A DNA stretch of 64,000 nt from Octopus sinensis. Its lineage: Eukaryota. Positions 40,425 to 52,659 of this stretch are shown in pieces; within the stretch, counting starts at the first letter, position 1; each line of letters opens with the position of its first letter. The DNA lies in NCBI RefSeq assembly GCF_006345805.1, contig NC_042999.1, positions 149,296,001 to 149,360,000 on the forward strand. The letters are read 5' to 3'. A program made the position numbers and the translations under genes. The notes under the pieces are model-generated. The model saw nothing but the letters and a program-made list of their open reading frames with translations, was not told where the DNA came from and did no database searches.

Positions 40425-40915
40425 TGCCACTTAAAAGCACCCAGTCAACACTTTAAAGTGGTTGGTGTTCGGAAGGGCATCCAACTGTAAAAACCTTGCC
40501 AAAACTGACCTCACCTGTGCCCTGTGCTTGTGTCACGTAAAAAGCACTAAGTCCACTCTGCTGAGTGGTTGGTGTTAAGAAGGGCATCCAGCTGTAAAAA
40601 CTTTGCCAAAACTAACCTCACCTGTGCTTGTGTCATGTAAAAAGCACTAAGTCCACTTTGCTGAGTGGTTGGTGTTAAGAAGGGCATCCAGCTGGAAAAA
40701 CCTTGCCAAAACTAACCTCACCTGTGCTTGTGTCATGTAAAAAGCACTAAGTCCACTCTGCTGAGTGGTTGGTGTTAGGAAGAGCATCCAGCTGTAAAAA
40801 TCTTGCCAAAACAGTCACAGAAGTCTGGTGCAGCTTCTACCTGACCAGCTATTGTGAAACCATCCCACTCATGCTAACATGGAAAGGGGATGTTAAACGA
40901 TGATGATGATGATGA
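40425..40915 (+). repeat. RTE 3'-UTR copy with a 100-bp tandem array (about 3.5 units)
   Basis: gtggttggtgtt..gaagggcatccagctgtaaaaa...aaaagcactaagtccactctgctga at 40458, 40565, 40665 and 40765. Confidence 0.92.
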
Positions 40916-42070
40916 CTTGAAGTCAATCCAAGACTTGTGATTGAAATTAGGTTAAGGGAAATAGTGGAAGCTTATCAGGAATGCTTCGCAACCATGTGGT
41001 CTTGGGTTCAGTTCCACTGAGCAACACCTTTGGTAAGTGTCTTCTACTATAGCTCCAGACTGACCAATGAGTGTCTTTGGTAGGTAGAAACTGTGTGGAA
41101 GCCTTTCACATGCGTGTATGTGTGTGCGTCTAAGCATGTGTATTGTCGTGTTTTTGTTTGTCCTCCTCCACTGCCTGACAATTGGAGCTGGCTTGTTTAC
41201 ATCCCCATAACTTAGTGGTTTAGCAAAAGAGACTGATAAAACAAGCACCAGACTTTAAATAAAAAAGACAGACAAAATAAAAAAAACCTGAATACTGGGA
41301 TTGATTTGTTTGACTTAAACCCTTCAAGGCAGTGCCCCAGCATGGCCACAGTCTAATAACTGAAATAAGGTAAATGGATAAAGAAGAGAAAGATACATTG
41401 TTGTTGTAATTCAAAGAGTCAATTTTGTGATGCCCTGTGTTATACTGATTCTACCCGCAGATTATGCATTAAGAGTAAGAGTATATATGTCTATGGAATA
41501 CTCAGCCACATAGATTATATTTCAATCACATTTCAATTAGTAGGTAATTCAGTAACAGAACTAGAATACACATTGTTGGAAGTAGAAGAGATCTATTTAC
41601 ACTGTGTTTCTTTGTGTGTCCTTTCAATTTTATTCTTCGATTCTTTTACCTGTTTCAGTCAGTTGGTTGAGGCCATGCTGGAGCACTACCGTAAAGAGGC
41701 GTTTTAGTTGAACAAATCAACCCCAGGACTTATTCTATCATTCTCTTCTGCTGAACTGCTAAGTTATGGGGGATGTAAACACACCAACATCGGTTGTCAA
41801 GCGACGATGGTGGGGATGAATATTAACTAGCTGCCATTTGCCTAAATTCTTCTTTGAGAATTTTAACTCCTGCACTCCTCTCTCCATCATTTATGACAGT
41901 TGATGGTTTATATCACTTGCATTGGCTAAATCATCATAATACTTTCCAACCTTCTAATGTATGTAGTTGGCTGACCAAACAAAACTACATTTTGGGTGAT
42001 GTAATCCTCTCTATTCCAATATAAATTAGCATATATTATACTCTGCATACTTGCACAGAAACTTATATTC

Positions 42071-42433
42071 TCTCTTTTACTTGTTTCAGTCATTTGACTG
42101 CGACCATGCTGGAGCACCGCCTTTAGTCGAGCATGTTGACCCCGGGACTTATTCTTTGTAAGCCCAGTACTTATTCTATCAGTCTCTTTTGCCGAACTGC
42201 TAAGTGACGGGTCAAGCAATGCTAGGGGGACAAACACACACACACACACACATATATATATACATATATACGACAGGCTTCTTTCAGTTTCCGTCTACCA
42301 AATCCACTCACAAGGCATTGGTCGGCCCGGGGCTATAGCAGAAGACACTTGCCCAAGATGCCACGCAGTGGGACTGAACCTGGAACCATGTGGTTGGTTA
42401 GCAAGCTACTTACCACACAGCCACTCCTGCGCC
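42071..42433 (-). mobile_element. SINE family A, young CpG-rich copy with an internal deletion
   Basis: Reverse complement of the 60375-60787 type. Ends ...ccacacagccactcctgcgcc. Confidence 0.92.
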
Positions 42434-44590
42434 TATATTGTTTATTTTTATGTTCTTGTACCACAACAAAAACTATATATGCTTAGATATCATGCAAAGT
42501 TTGAAGTGTATGTGTATATATCACCATCAAGATCCTTCCATGCTGGCATGGGTTGGATGGTTTGGCAACAGCTGGTAAATCAGAAAACTGCACCAAGCTC
42601 TACTGCCTGCTTTCAAATGATTTCTATGGCTGGATGTCCCTCCTAAAGCCAACCACCTTACAGAGTGCACTGGGTGCTTTTTATGTGGCACCAATAGCAG
42701 TGAGGTCACCAAGCATCTTGCAAGACAGACCCCTCAACTGAGGGGATCAGGGAGTAGTATTGAGGGAGGTGGCTTTTGTGCCAGGTGATGAGAACTTATA
42801 TATGAATAGAGGGAGAGAAATAGGGGTCTTGTAGCAGAGGAGATAAATGGCTACTTCAGCTGGAGAGAAAATGGAGAGAGAGTGGAGTGAGAGAAGAGAG
42901 AGATAAGATGAAGAAGTGATAGGGTCAAGTTAAAAGGAGGTGTATAGAGAAGTGGATCGGGGATTGGATAGGGTAAATTTATAAGGTTATGAAAGGAGAA
43001 TGGAAGGTGGAGGAGAGGGGGATGTAATGAGTAGGTAGAGGTGGGGACTGTTAGGAGGATATATTGTGGGGAAGAGATTTGACAGGGACATAGTGTGCAG
43101 GTAGGTTCACAAGGGAGAGTGGGAGACAGAAGGGAAGGGAGAGGTTATGGGAAAATGGAATATGAGGGAGAGGTTTGTCAGGGACAGATTGCATGCAGGG
43201 GCATGGACAGAAGGACATATCATTATGGTCTCAATTTTACTTGGCTAGATGGTTGAGCACAGTAAACTGCCAGTTGTCTTTGTCATTTATCATTTTCTAT
43301 CAGGCTCAAAATCTGAAGCTCATTTTCATAACTTTGCCCCTTGTCTTTCTCTTCTAGAAGTTAACTTCACATTTAGAGATTGAAACGTTTTTATGCAGCT
43401 GTTCTCATCCAAATGCACATTACATCTGATACCTCTTATAACCAATTTTACTCTCAAAACACTAGCTCTTTGTTATACCTGCACACTGACATTGCATATC
43501 CAATGGAGCATACTGACTTCATTTCTTTCAAGCTATCACAGCCCCTGTTTCATTACCATGTTGCAAACTAGTTTGTATACAGGCATCATACAATCTGCCT
43601 TCCACTCCGACAGAGAGGCTGTTTGTTACCAACAAAGGTAGCAGCTCTCTGAACTTTACCCAGCTCGTTCTTATTCTAGCAACAACACTTTCTAGAAAAG
43701 GGGTGGTAAGAAAGTAGATGTTAGAGTAAAAAAAATAGAATAATTAAGAAGTAAACACAGGACAAACATAGAATATACCTCATTAAAGGGCTACAAATTG
43801 TTAAAAACATTTGAATACACTTTATAAGAAACAGTGTGATCATTAGTTCAACTTACCTTAGATTTATTAACAAACATGGTTTTAGGCACAAGTCTTTGAG
43901 GCTGTGTCTCATCGGTTACTCCGGCACTTACTTTCCTCTGTTTTATTAATACCTGTACACATTGGAAAAGAGGGAAATTAAGGTTTTTTGCTTTTGTTTT
44001 TGGTAATGTATAGTGAAGGTTCAAGACATCTTACTCCCTCACACAAATGCATATATTCAAAGTTATTCTAACCTTTAGCATACTGAAGGCAAATCATCTC
44101 ACCCTACGAGTTTTCTCCCCTCAAAATGAAATTCAATTTGACTGTAGCTACAAGGAAGAAAACTTGTACAGAAAGATGATTCACCTTGAGAATGCTAATG
44201 ATTAATGAGCTAGTATAGATGCATAGATAGATGCTACCTGAAGTTAATTATGGATATGCATAGGTTCTATAATATACAAGAAATATTAGTATACACATGG
44301 GGTTACAAACTGCATAAAAAGGATTTAACACATATTGTAAAGTTTATTCATTTAGGCTGAGTATTCACAATGTCTGCTCCAATGTGTTTGGCTTGAAGAT
44401 ATCAAGAGCTTCTCTCTTCCTCCTACCATTCCAGGGGGCATTGCAAAGAGATCACTGGAACAATCTTTGTCCCACTGAGTAAGCTATAAAGCAGGGACCA
44501 GCAAATTTATTATATCATTGACCTCTTCATGAAATCAGTAATAATTTATTGACACCACATTCCTGATGTATATTTCTAAAATAAAATTAA

Positions 44591-44807
44591 AAAGCAATTG
44601 CAGCATGGAAGGTGTTTATAAACCATTTAAAAACATACAAAAACTGTTAGATTCATTTCAACATTTAAATTTAATTTGTCAACATATTTTTGTCACTTTG
44701 AGACCGTGGCCTGTTCATTGACAAATTAAATTTAAATGATGAAGTGAATCTAACAGTTTTTGCATGTTTTTAAATGGTTTATAAACACCTTCACGCTGCA
44801 ATTGTTT
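44591..44807. repeat. Inverted repeat with ~90-bp arms and ~35-bp spacer
   Basis: aaagcaattgcagc...tttaatttgtcaa (44591-44682) versus ttgacaaattaaa...gctgcaattgttt (44718-44807). The spacer on the minus strand has a degenerate hammerhead-like layout. Confidence 0.9.
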
Positions 44808-45342
44808 CTGTTTCAGCACACAATCTAAGATCAGGTCACTTGCTATGCAAGTACAATAATCAAAGAGTGATTATTAAAAAAATTTCTTGATTTAAAAGCA
44901 ATAATTCCTTCATTCTCTTATGTCTTTCCTGCATTTTAATAAGAAATATTTAGAGAAACTGAATAAAAACACTAACAAAATTGATAGAGAACAATAAAAA
45001 TTCAAATACATGTGGTCCCCTAACAGTCACAGCTAAACTAAGGGAGATAATCATTTCATCACAAAAATTTAGTCATATATGAATATAGTCAGAATATATA
45101 ATGTGAAATATGCATTTGGTGAATACTAGTTATTAGTTGATAAGTGGCTGGAAAAATTAGTGAGTTCTAGCCTGGAATAACTGATTCAGATTGCTAATAA
45201 TTCAGCACTCTTAATGCTCAAAAGCGTTTCAGATGTTTTATTGACCCCCTTGAAAAATCACACAGACTACCAATCCCCAGAAGTCAATATTGATCACTTT
45301 ACAATTCCCAGCTAAAAAGGAAAGATGTGTGAACTGATGAAT

Positions 45343-45681
45343 CATCATCATCATCGTTTAACGTTCGCTTTCCATGCTAGCATGGGTTGGACGATTTGAC
45401 TGAGGACTGGTGAACCAGATGCTGCACCAGGCTCCAATCTGATCAGGCAGAGTTTCTACAGCTGGAGGCCCTTCCTAATGCCAACCACTCCGAGAGTGTA
45501 GTGGGTGCTTTTATGTGCCACTGGCACGAGGGCCAGTCAGGCGGTACTGGCAACAGCCACGCTCAAATGGTGCTTTTTATGTGCCACTTGCACAGGAGCC
45601 AGTCCAGCTCCTGTGCAGGTGGCACATAAAAAGCACCATTTGAGTGTGGCCATTGCCAGTACTGCCTGACTGGCCCTCATG
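45343..45681 (-). mobile_element. RTE 3'-UTR copy ending in a 75-bp fold-back inverted duplication
   Basis: Arms at 45525-45599 and 45607-45681, with spacer cagtcca. Confidence 0.9.
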
Positions 45682-45703
45682 AAGGGCAACATATCTGAAG
45701 TTC

Positions 45704-45752
<49 letters not shown>

Positions 45753-47419
45753 TATATTTCAAAGGAATGTTCTTCATGTCATCATTTGATGACCAATTTT
45801 CTATGCTGGCATGGTTTGAGCAGTTTGACAGGATCCAGTAAGCCACAAGAACATGTTGAGCTCCGATGTCAGCTTTGGCATGATTTCTACAGTTAAATGC
45901 TCTTCCTAATGTCACCCTTTTTACAATGTGTACTGGGTGCCTTTTTGTGTCACTGTCACTAGTGAAGTCACAAGTAACTTGCAAGACAAAGAAAAGAAAA
46001 AGCCTCCTTGAGTTAGTGAAAATGTATTAGAGAAGAGGGAAGTTGGTTTATAAAATGCTAAATTATGATAGAGAGACAATCACAGCAGGTAGAGGAGGTA
46101 CACGACTACCTTACATTATATAAGAATGGGAGGAAATAAGTAGGAAGAAGATAAAGATGGTGGTTATGAAGTGCCATATAAATATTGGTATGGTATCCTA
46201 TATATGTTATATAATGACTTAAAACAGTTCAATGAAATGAGATTATTCAAGCCATTATTTCATTAAAAAATGCTTACTAGGAGCATTTAAAATCTAAAAC
46301 TAAGGGAGATAATTCCAATAAGATCAGTTGATGGAAATAGTTGAGCAAAGCCAATTACAATGGATCAAATTTTTCCAAGCATTTGGTTAAAGTAACAAAT
46401 GTTTCACTTATATGATCTCTTGAATGATGCATGTATTACTCAGTTGGAAAGACTAGGAGTTATCATCACCATCATCATATGCAGAAATACAGGCAATGAA
46501 ATGACAGTGATTATAAATATGACCAATATGGCTGAAGAAAATGAATATGATCAAAGTTTTCAACTTATATTACATAAATGAATTTCTACCGTGTTTATGT
46601 TTAATATGGAGAACACTACCCTGAAGTAGCTTTTCTGCAGCTGGATACCCTTCCTGTCACCAAGCCTCACATGTTCCCAAGCAAGGTAATATTTCTCTAT
46701 AACCTGACATGTTCTCACATGACACTGTTTGTAAACCGATCATTCTTAATCACACTATGTCAAGACACACACACCCAAATGACACAAGAAATAACAAGAA
46801 ACTTAGCATCTGTAACTTTTGCACAAGTAATCACACAAACACACATGTACAAAATGTCCTTATCCAGTTCCCATCCACTCAAAGGCTTTGGTTGCTTTGG
46901 GTCAATAGTACAAGACATTTGCCCAAGGTCCTGCATAGTGGAACTGAATGAGAAACTAAGTGGTTGGGAAGTGAATTTGGTGTGTACGTAAGTGTGAATG
47001 TGTTAATTGTTTTTACTTTTGCAAACATAGTAGAAAATGCCTTGCTGAAGAGACCTAATAAGACAGGAACATGTCCAATGCTTTCACTGTCAACTGATCT
47101 TATTGAAATTATCTCCCTTGTTGATTTTATAATTTAGATACTTCAAGAGGGAGATTTTGCCAACTAATTGTATGTGTGATTAAGACGTTCACAACAATGT
47201 GGTTCCAGGTTCAATCCTACAGAAAGGTACCTTAGGTAAATGCTTTTGGTAAATGTCAGGTTGATCAATAATTTGTGAGCAAAATTTGATAAAAATGAAA
47301 CTGTGAATAAGTCAGCCACATGTATATATACATAGGTATCAATATATGTATAAATGTAAGCATATATATACATGCACATGTAGGTACATATGTATATTCA
47401 AACATGCTTTGAATATATA

Positions 47420-47785
47420 TAATAATAAATATTAGGGAATAAATCCAAACTTACAGGGAAAAATCAGATTTAGGATTGAATCCAATTTTATAGTAAAATA
47501 TTATATTATATTAAATTAGAGACAAAACCACTATTAGGCAAATCATACAATGAAAAACTTAAGCCAATACATAAGATTATTTAATTTATATTATTTAAAT
47601 AACAAAATTATTAAAAAAATATAATTAATATAACACTACGATCGTTTCATTGCTGTTAATTTCTTTAAATTTTCGAGTTACAGTCATTCATCAGGTGTTT
47701 TAAATATTTTTCTTATGTATTGGCTTAAGTTTTTCATTGTATGATTTGCCTAATAGTAGTTTTGTCTCTAATTTAATACAATATA
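47420..47785 (-). mobile_element. (TA)n-flanked element with ~70-bp inverted repeats enclosing a hammerhead (Penelope pLTR-like)
   Basis: Arms at about 47505-47576 and 47711-47782 (attaaattagagacaaaa...ccaatacataaga and its reverse complement). The hammerhead lies between them. Confidence 0.75.
47632..47699 (-). ncRNA. Minimal type I hammerhead ribozyme, intact core
   Basis: Minus strand: aacac-CTGATGA-atgactgtaactcgaaaatttaaagaaattaacagcaat-GAAA-cgatcg-TA-gtgtt. Stem I is aacac/gtgtt, stem III is palindromic (ACGAUCGU), and the site is GUA. Confidence 0.85.
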
Positions 47786-47797
47786 TATATATATATT

Positions 47798-48440
47798 GCC
47801 GAGTCCCCAAAACATGTACCAAGGGTGATAAAAATCAAACATTCAGTCAACATCATGGTGTTTGGAGTAATCACTAATGATGGTGATATTATGCCTCCAT
47901 TCATCTTCCCACATGGCCTCAGACTCAACACGGAAGCCTACATCAGGGGCCTGGAGGTAGTGCTGTTCTGGGTCAATAGGGTGGCTGCCAGAAGACGCTA
48001 TGTCTGGCAACAAGACTCTGTACCATGCCACACAAGCAGGAGTACTCAATAATGCCTGTCTGACAATTTCTGCAACCACATCACTCCTAACATCTGGTCA
48101 CCTAACTCCCCAGATTGCAACCCCCTTGATTATGTGTGGGGTGCAGTTGAGTGAGAGATCAACAAAATTCCATGTAACACCAAAGATGAACTGAAGGCAA
48201 GAATTATGGCAGTTTTCACCAATTTAAACAAGGAGACCATCTAGAAGAGTTGCAGGAGATACCGAAGTTGTCTGGAGGCTGTGGTTGAAGCCAATGGCAA
48301 TTTTATTGAATAAATTTATTCTTTAGTATTTCAAGATATTTTTATGTAATTTTGGTAAAATATATCTGTTAAAATGAGATGACAGTGTTATTTTCAGTTT
48401 TGTATAATTTAGACAACAATTTATTCGCCGCAACCTATAT
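47798..48440 (+). mobile_element. maT-type (DD37D) Tc1/mariner transposon, 3' half, pseudogenised
   Basis: Reads IMVFGVITNDGDIMPPFIFPHGLRLNTEAY...VWQQDSVPCHTSRSTQ*CLSDNFCNHITPNIWSPNSPDCNPLDYVWGAVE*...LEAVVEANGNFIE* (ends 48313). There are 37 residues between QQD and PLD. A TIR-like end lies at about 48415-48438. Confidence 0.9.
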
Positions 48441-49646
48441 ATTGCATGCATACACACATGTATGTACACACATATATATGCATGTGTATATATGGGTATA
48501 TGTATGTAAATATGAATGTATGAGTGCAGGTATTTATGCATACATATATATGCGCACACATATATATATATACATATATATATATACATGAATTCATTTG
48601 CATATGTATACATGTGTATACATATGTGTGTATGCACGTATGTTCCACCCCCAGCTCATGATTTTTTCAATCAGTCAACTTCAAGAGAAATATAAAGAAT
48701 ACTAGTAAACTATTACTTAGCTGTTAATCTCTTGACTAAACTGTGTATTCTTATTACTAGCATCCAGTTAACAGGGTCACTTGATATGCTAGAATTAGTA
48801 GCCAAAATCTACTTTATATCACACTTTGCTAACTTAAAAAGAAGGAAGCAACAGAGATATATCTAGGCCTTTATTTAACCCTTTTGTTACTATATTCCTG
48901 TTGCAGTTGCTTTTGAAATAAGGAAAAAATTAGTAAAATAACTGTCATTATTAAGCTAGTATTTGGAACATAAATTATCATGAAAATTGTGATGAAAGCT
49001 TTAATTGGATTTACTTTAAAGCAGGAAGTGTGCATCACAGAACCAAAGGTGGTCTCAGGAGAGTTGGGATCAAAAGGAGAGCAATATGGTGCATGTGTGA
49101 AAGTGTGTGGGATTTCATTGCTATTTCTTGCAAAGTGAATGGCCACATAGAGACTCCCTCCCAAAACAACGAACTTCACAATAAACAAATTTTGTGAGAC
49201 CATGACCTATGAGACAGGGTATTTGTGCTAAGTAAAAAAAAAAAAATCAGTTATTATTCATATCAACAATAGTGTAGAGATTTGGTTTAGGTGATCGAGT
49301 ACCTTTCAGACTCTACCCTTGCACTTCTAGATTCTCAATACAAATGTTTTCAGGTTTTATTTTGCTTTCCACCCCTCTGGGGTCAAAACAACTAAATACA
49401 TGAATCCTTGTTCATGTACAATATGTAACTATAGTTCATATATGTGAATGATAGTTCATTCTCTATATTTCCCCTTTAAATGTGTACCTCTACTCTTTTG
49501 TTTTACGTGGGAAAATGCCTAGACAGGTTTAGTCAACTATTTATAAGTCTACTAGTTATTGTATCAGTATTTTTTGCCAAACCACTAAGTTACAGGGGAA
49601 TGTAAACTAACACTGATTGTCAAACATTTTTGGGATACAAACACAA

Positions 49647-49955
49647 GTGGAGGCACATGGCCTCGTGGTTAGAGCAGCGGACTCGCAGTTGAGGGATCAT
49701 GGGTTCGAATCTCAGACCAGGTGATGTGTGTTTATGAGTGAAACACCTAAGCTCCACACAACTCCGGCAAAAGGTAATGGGGAACTTCTGCTGACTCTTT
49801 CGCCACAACTTTCTCTCACTCTTTCCTCCTCCTGCATCTAGCAGCTCACCTGCGGTGGACCAGCGTCCTGTCTAGGTGGGGAACCTATATGCCAATGAAA
49901 CTGGGAAACTGGCCCTTATGAGCCAGGCATAGCTCAAGAAGGAACAAACAAACAT
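49647..49955 (+). mobile_element. tRNA-derived SINE family C
   Basis: A-box tggcctcgtggttagagc, B-box ggttcgaatctc, body with cctgcggtggaccagcgtcctgtctagg, and an (AAAC)n tail. It is inserted into a family A SINE. Confidence 0.8.
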
Positions 49956-50562
49956 AACAATCAAGGATACACACATGCACGCACATGTGCACACACACAC
50001 ACACACACGATGATCTTCCTTTCAGTTTCTGGTTAATAAATCCCCTGACATAGCTGTGATTGTCCTGGAGCTATAGAAGACAACACTTGCCCAAGGTGCC
50101 ATGCAGTAGGATTGAACCCAAGATCACATAGTTGGGAATCAAGCTTCTTAACCTCACAGACATACCTGGTGTATAAAATTTTTATTCTACAAGACTTTTG
50201 TCAAATTTTACTTACTCCATGTGGGGTTTTTTTAGACTCTTTCTCCTTAATGAATGCAAGCGTCCGGTTGCCTCTATCTGAAAAACAACAACAAAGAATT
50301 AGATGTATTGCTTTTTTTTTTCTTTCAGTCAAGAAATACATGTAAATAAATTATAAGAGTGTGTGCACGCGTATATAAATTCTGAAATGAGAGTAAACGG
50401 ATAGTCAATAGAAAACTAAAGCTTAGATATGTTTATTTGAAACTGAAGATTCCTTTTAATGCTACTCAGAGCTTTATACCACATTTTCCGTCATACAAGT
50501 TGGACTGTTCAGGCCAAACTGTACAACCAAAACACAAGGTCCGACTTACACACCAAGATAAA

Positions 50563-50735
50563 TTTGAATGATTAAAATTTCTATGTGAAATACAGGATTG
50601 TAAAGATAGTGATAATGTTTGAATGATTAAAATTTCTATGTGAATCACAGGATTGTAAAGATAGTGATAATGTTTGAATGATTAAAATTTCTATGTGAAT
50701 TACAGGATTGTAAAGATAGTGATAATGTTTGAATG
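50563..50735. repeat. 55-bp tandem triplication
   Basis: tttgaatgattaaaatttctatgtgaaatacaggattgtaaagatagtgataatg three times, near-identical. Confidence 0.95.
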
Positions 50736-50751
50736 TTTACACCACATGTTT

Positions 50752-51197
50752 ATTGGAGCGATAAGAGTACCATACGAGTGAGATCGTTGCCAGAGCAACA
50801 AGCTGGCCTTTGTGCCGATGGCACGTTAAAAACACCATTCAAGTGTGATCGTTACCTGCATTGCCTTACTAGCACTTGTGCTGGTGGTACATGAAAAAAA
50901 AGCATTTGAGCGAGGTCATTGCCAGTGCTGCTGGACTGGCTCCTGTGCAGGTGGCACATAAAAAGTACCATTTGAGCATAGCCGTTGCTAGTACCAGCTA
51001 ACTGGCCCTCGTGCCGATGGCACATAAAAGCACCCACTACACTCTCAGAGTGGTTAGCATTAGGAAGGGCATCCAGCTGTAGAAACTGCCAGATCAGATT
51101 GGAGTCTGGTGCAGCCATCTGGTTCGCCAGACCTCAGTCAAATTGTCCAAGCCATGCTAGCATGGAAAGTGGACGTTAAATGATGATGATGATGATG
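50752..51197 (+). mobile_element. RTE 3'-UTR copy with (GAT)n tail
   Basis: Family sequence. A closely related copy in the opposite orientation lies at 51781-52225, inside a family A SINE. Confidence 0.88.
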
Positions 51198-51259
51198 ACT
51201 ACAATGACTTAGATGCCAGAAAATAGTGCATTAGCAGGCATGAAAACAAGAAAAGAAAT

Positions 51260-51600
51260 TTCAAGGGCTACTATGAAGAAGGAAGAGCATGGATTGGCCA
51301 CAACATAAAGAGCTATGGAAAGATCTACACTAGGAAGATCATTGTGAGAGCATATATAAAGTGGAATAAATGATGTGATATCAGGGTACTGAAAGCAAAA
51401 GTTTCACTGGGCTGGTCATGATGCAATGGTCACAGAGAACAGGTGGACCTGTGCAGTTGTATCCAAGAGATTAGAAAGGCAACTTGGAAGACCTTTACAA
51501 TGATAGAAAGATGATTTAGGTAAACGATTTGGGCCAATATAGAAAAGAAGGGTGATTTCATCAAAGAACTGGAAGCACACTGAGACAAGTGGTGTATAAC
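51260..51600 (+). mobile_element. Old RTE LINE fragment (third subfamily)
   Basis: Decayed translation includes ATT*RAMERSTLG...KQKFHWAGH...ENRWT...LGRP, matching the RTE 'RAMER...WAGH..R....RW....GRP' pattern. Confidence 0.65.
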
Positions 51601-52659
51601 AACATATGATAGTTTGATCAATGCAGGTTTTGTGTGGTAAGTAGCTTGCCTACCAACCACATGGTTCTAGGTTCAGTCCCACTGTGTGGCACCTTGGACA
51701 AGTGTCTTCTACTAAAGCCTTGGACTGACCAAAGCCTTATTAGAGGATTTGGTAGACAAAAACTGAAAGAAGCCTGTTGTCATCATCATCATCGTTTAAT
51801 GACACCTTTCCATTCTGGCATGGGTTGGATGATTTGCCTGAGGTCTGGCGAACCAGATGGCTGCACCAGGCTCCAATCTGATCTAGCAGAGTTTCTACAG
51901 CTGGATGCACTTCCTAACACCAACCACTCTAAGAGTGTAGTAGGTGCGTTTACGTGCCACCAGCATGAGGGCCACGCTCAAATGGTGCTTTTTACGTGCC
52001 ACCTGCACAGAAGCCAATCCAGCGGCACTGGCAATGACTTCGTTCAATTTTTTTTTACGTGCCACCAGTAGAAGTGCCAGTAAGGCAACACAGGTAATGC
52101 TTACACTCGAATGGTGCTTTTAACGTTCCACTGGCATGGTGGCCAGCTTGTTGCTCTGGCAACGATCACACTCATATAGTACTCTTAGCACTCCACTAGC
52201 ATAGATGCCAGTCATCGAATTTGTTTTCTTTTAGATATATATATATATATATTTGTGTGTATCAGTGTTTGTCTCCACACCATCACTTGAACAACTGGTG
52301 TTGGTGTGTTTATATCCCCGTAACTTAGCGGTTCAGCAAAAGTGACCGATAGAATAAGTACTAGGCTTACAAAGGATAAGTCCTGGGGTCAATTTGTTCA
52401 ACTAAAAGTTGTGCTCCAGCACGACCGCAGTCATATGACTGAGCCAAGTAAAATAATAAGAGTTATTGGTGAGGGATTTTCAAACCAGGCAAAATACTTC
52501 ATAAGCTCTGTTTGCACACCAGGCTAACAATATTGTATAGATTAGCAAAGAACTCCAAGTGTTCTTGTGGCAGGGTCAAAGGTTATAGTTCATCACCATT
52601 CTAAATTGTGAATCCATGCAAGACAAAGTATAAATAATGGACATTACACATTTTCCCCT

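Noticed and set aside
49647-49725. tRNA gene
   Set aside because: A and B boxes are present but there is no complete acceptor stem, and it continues into a SINE body and tail.
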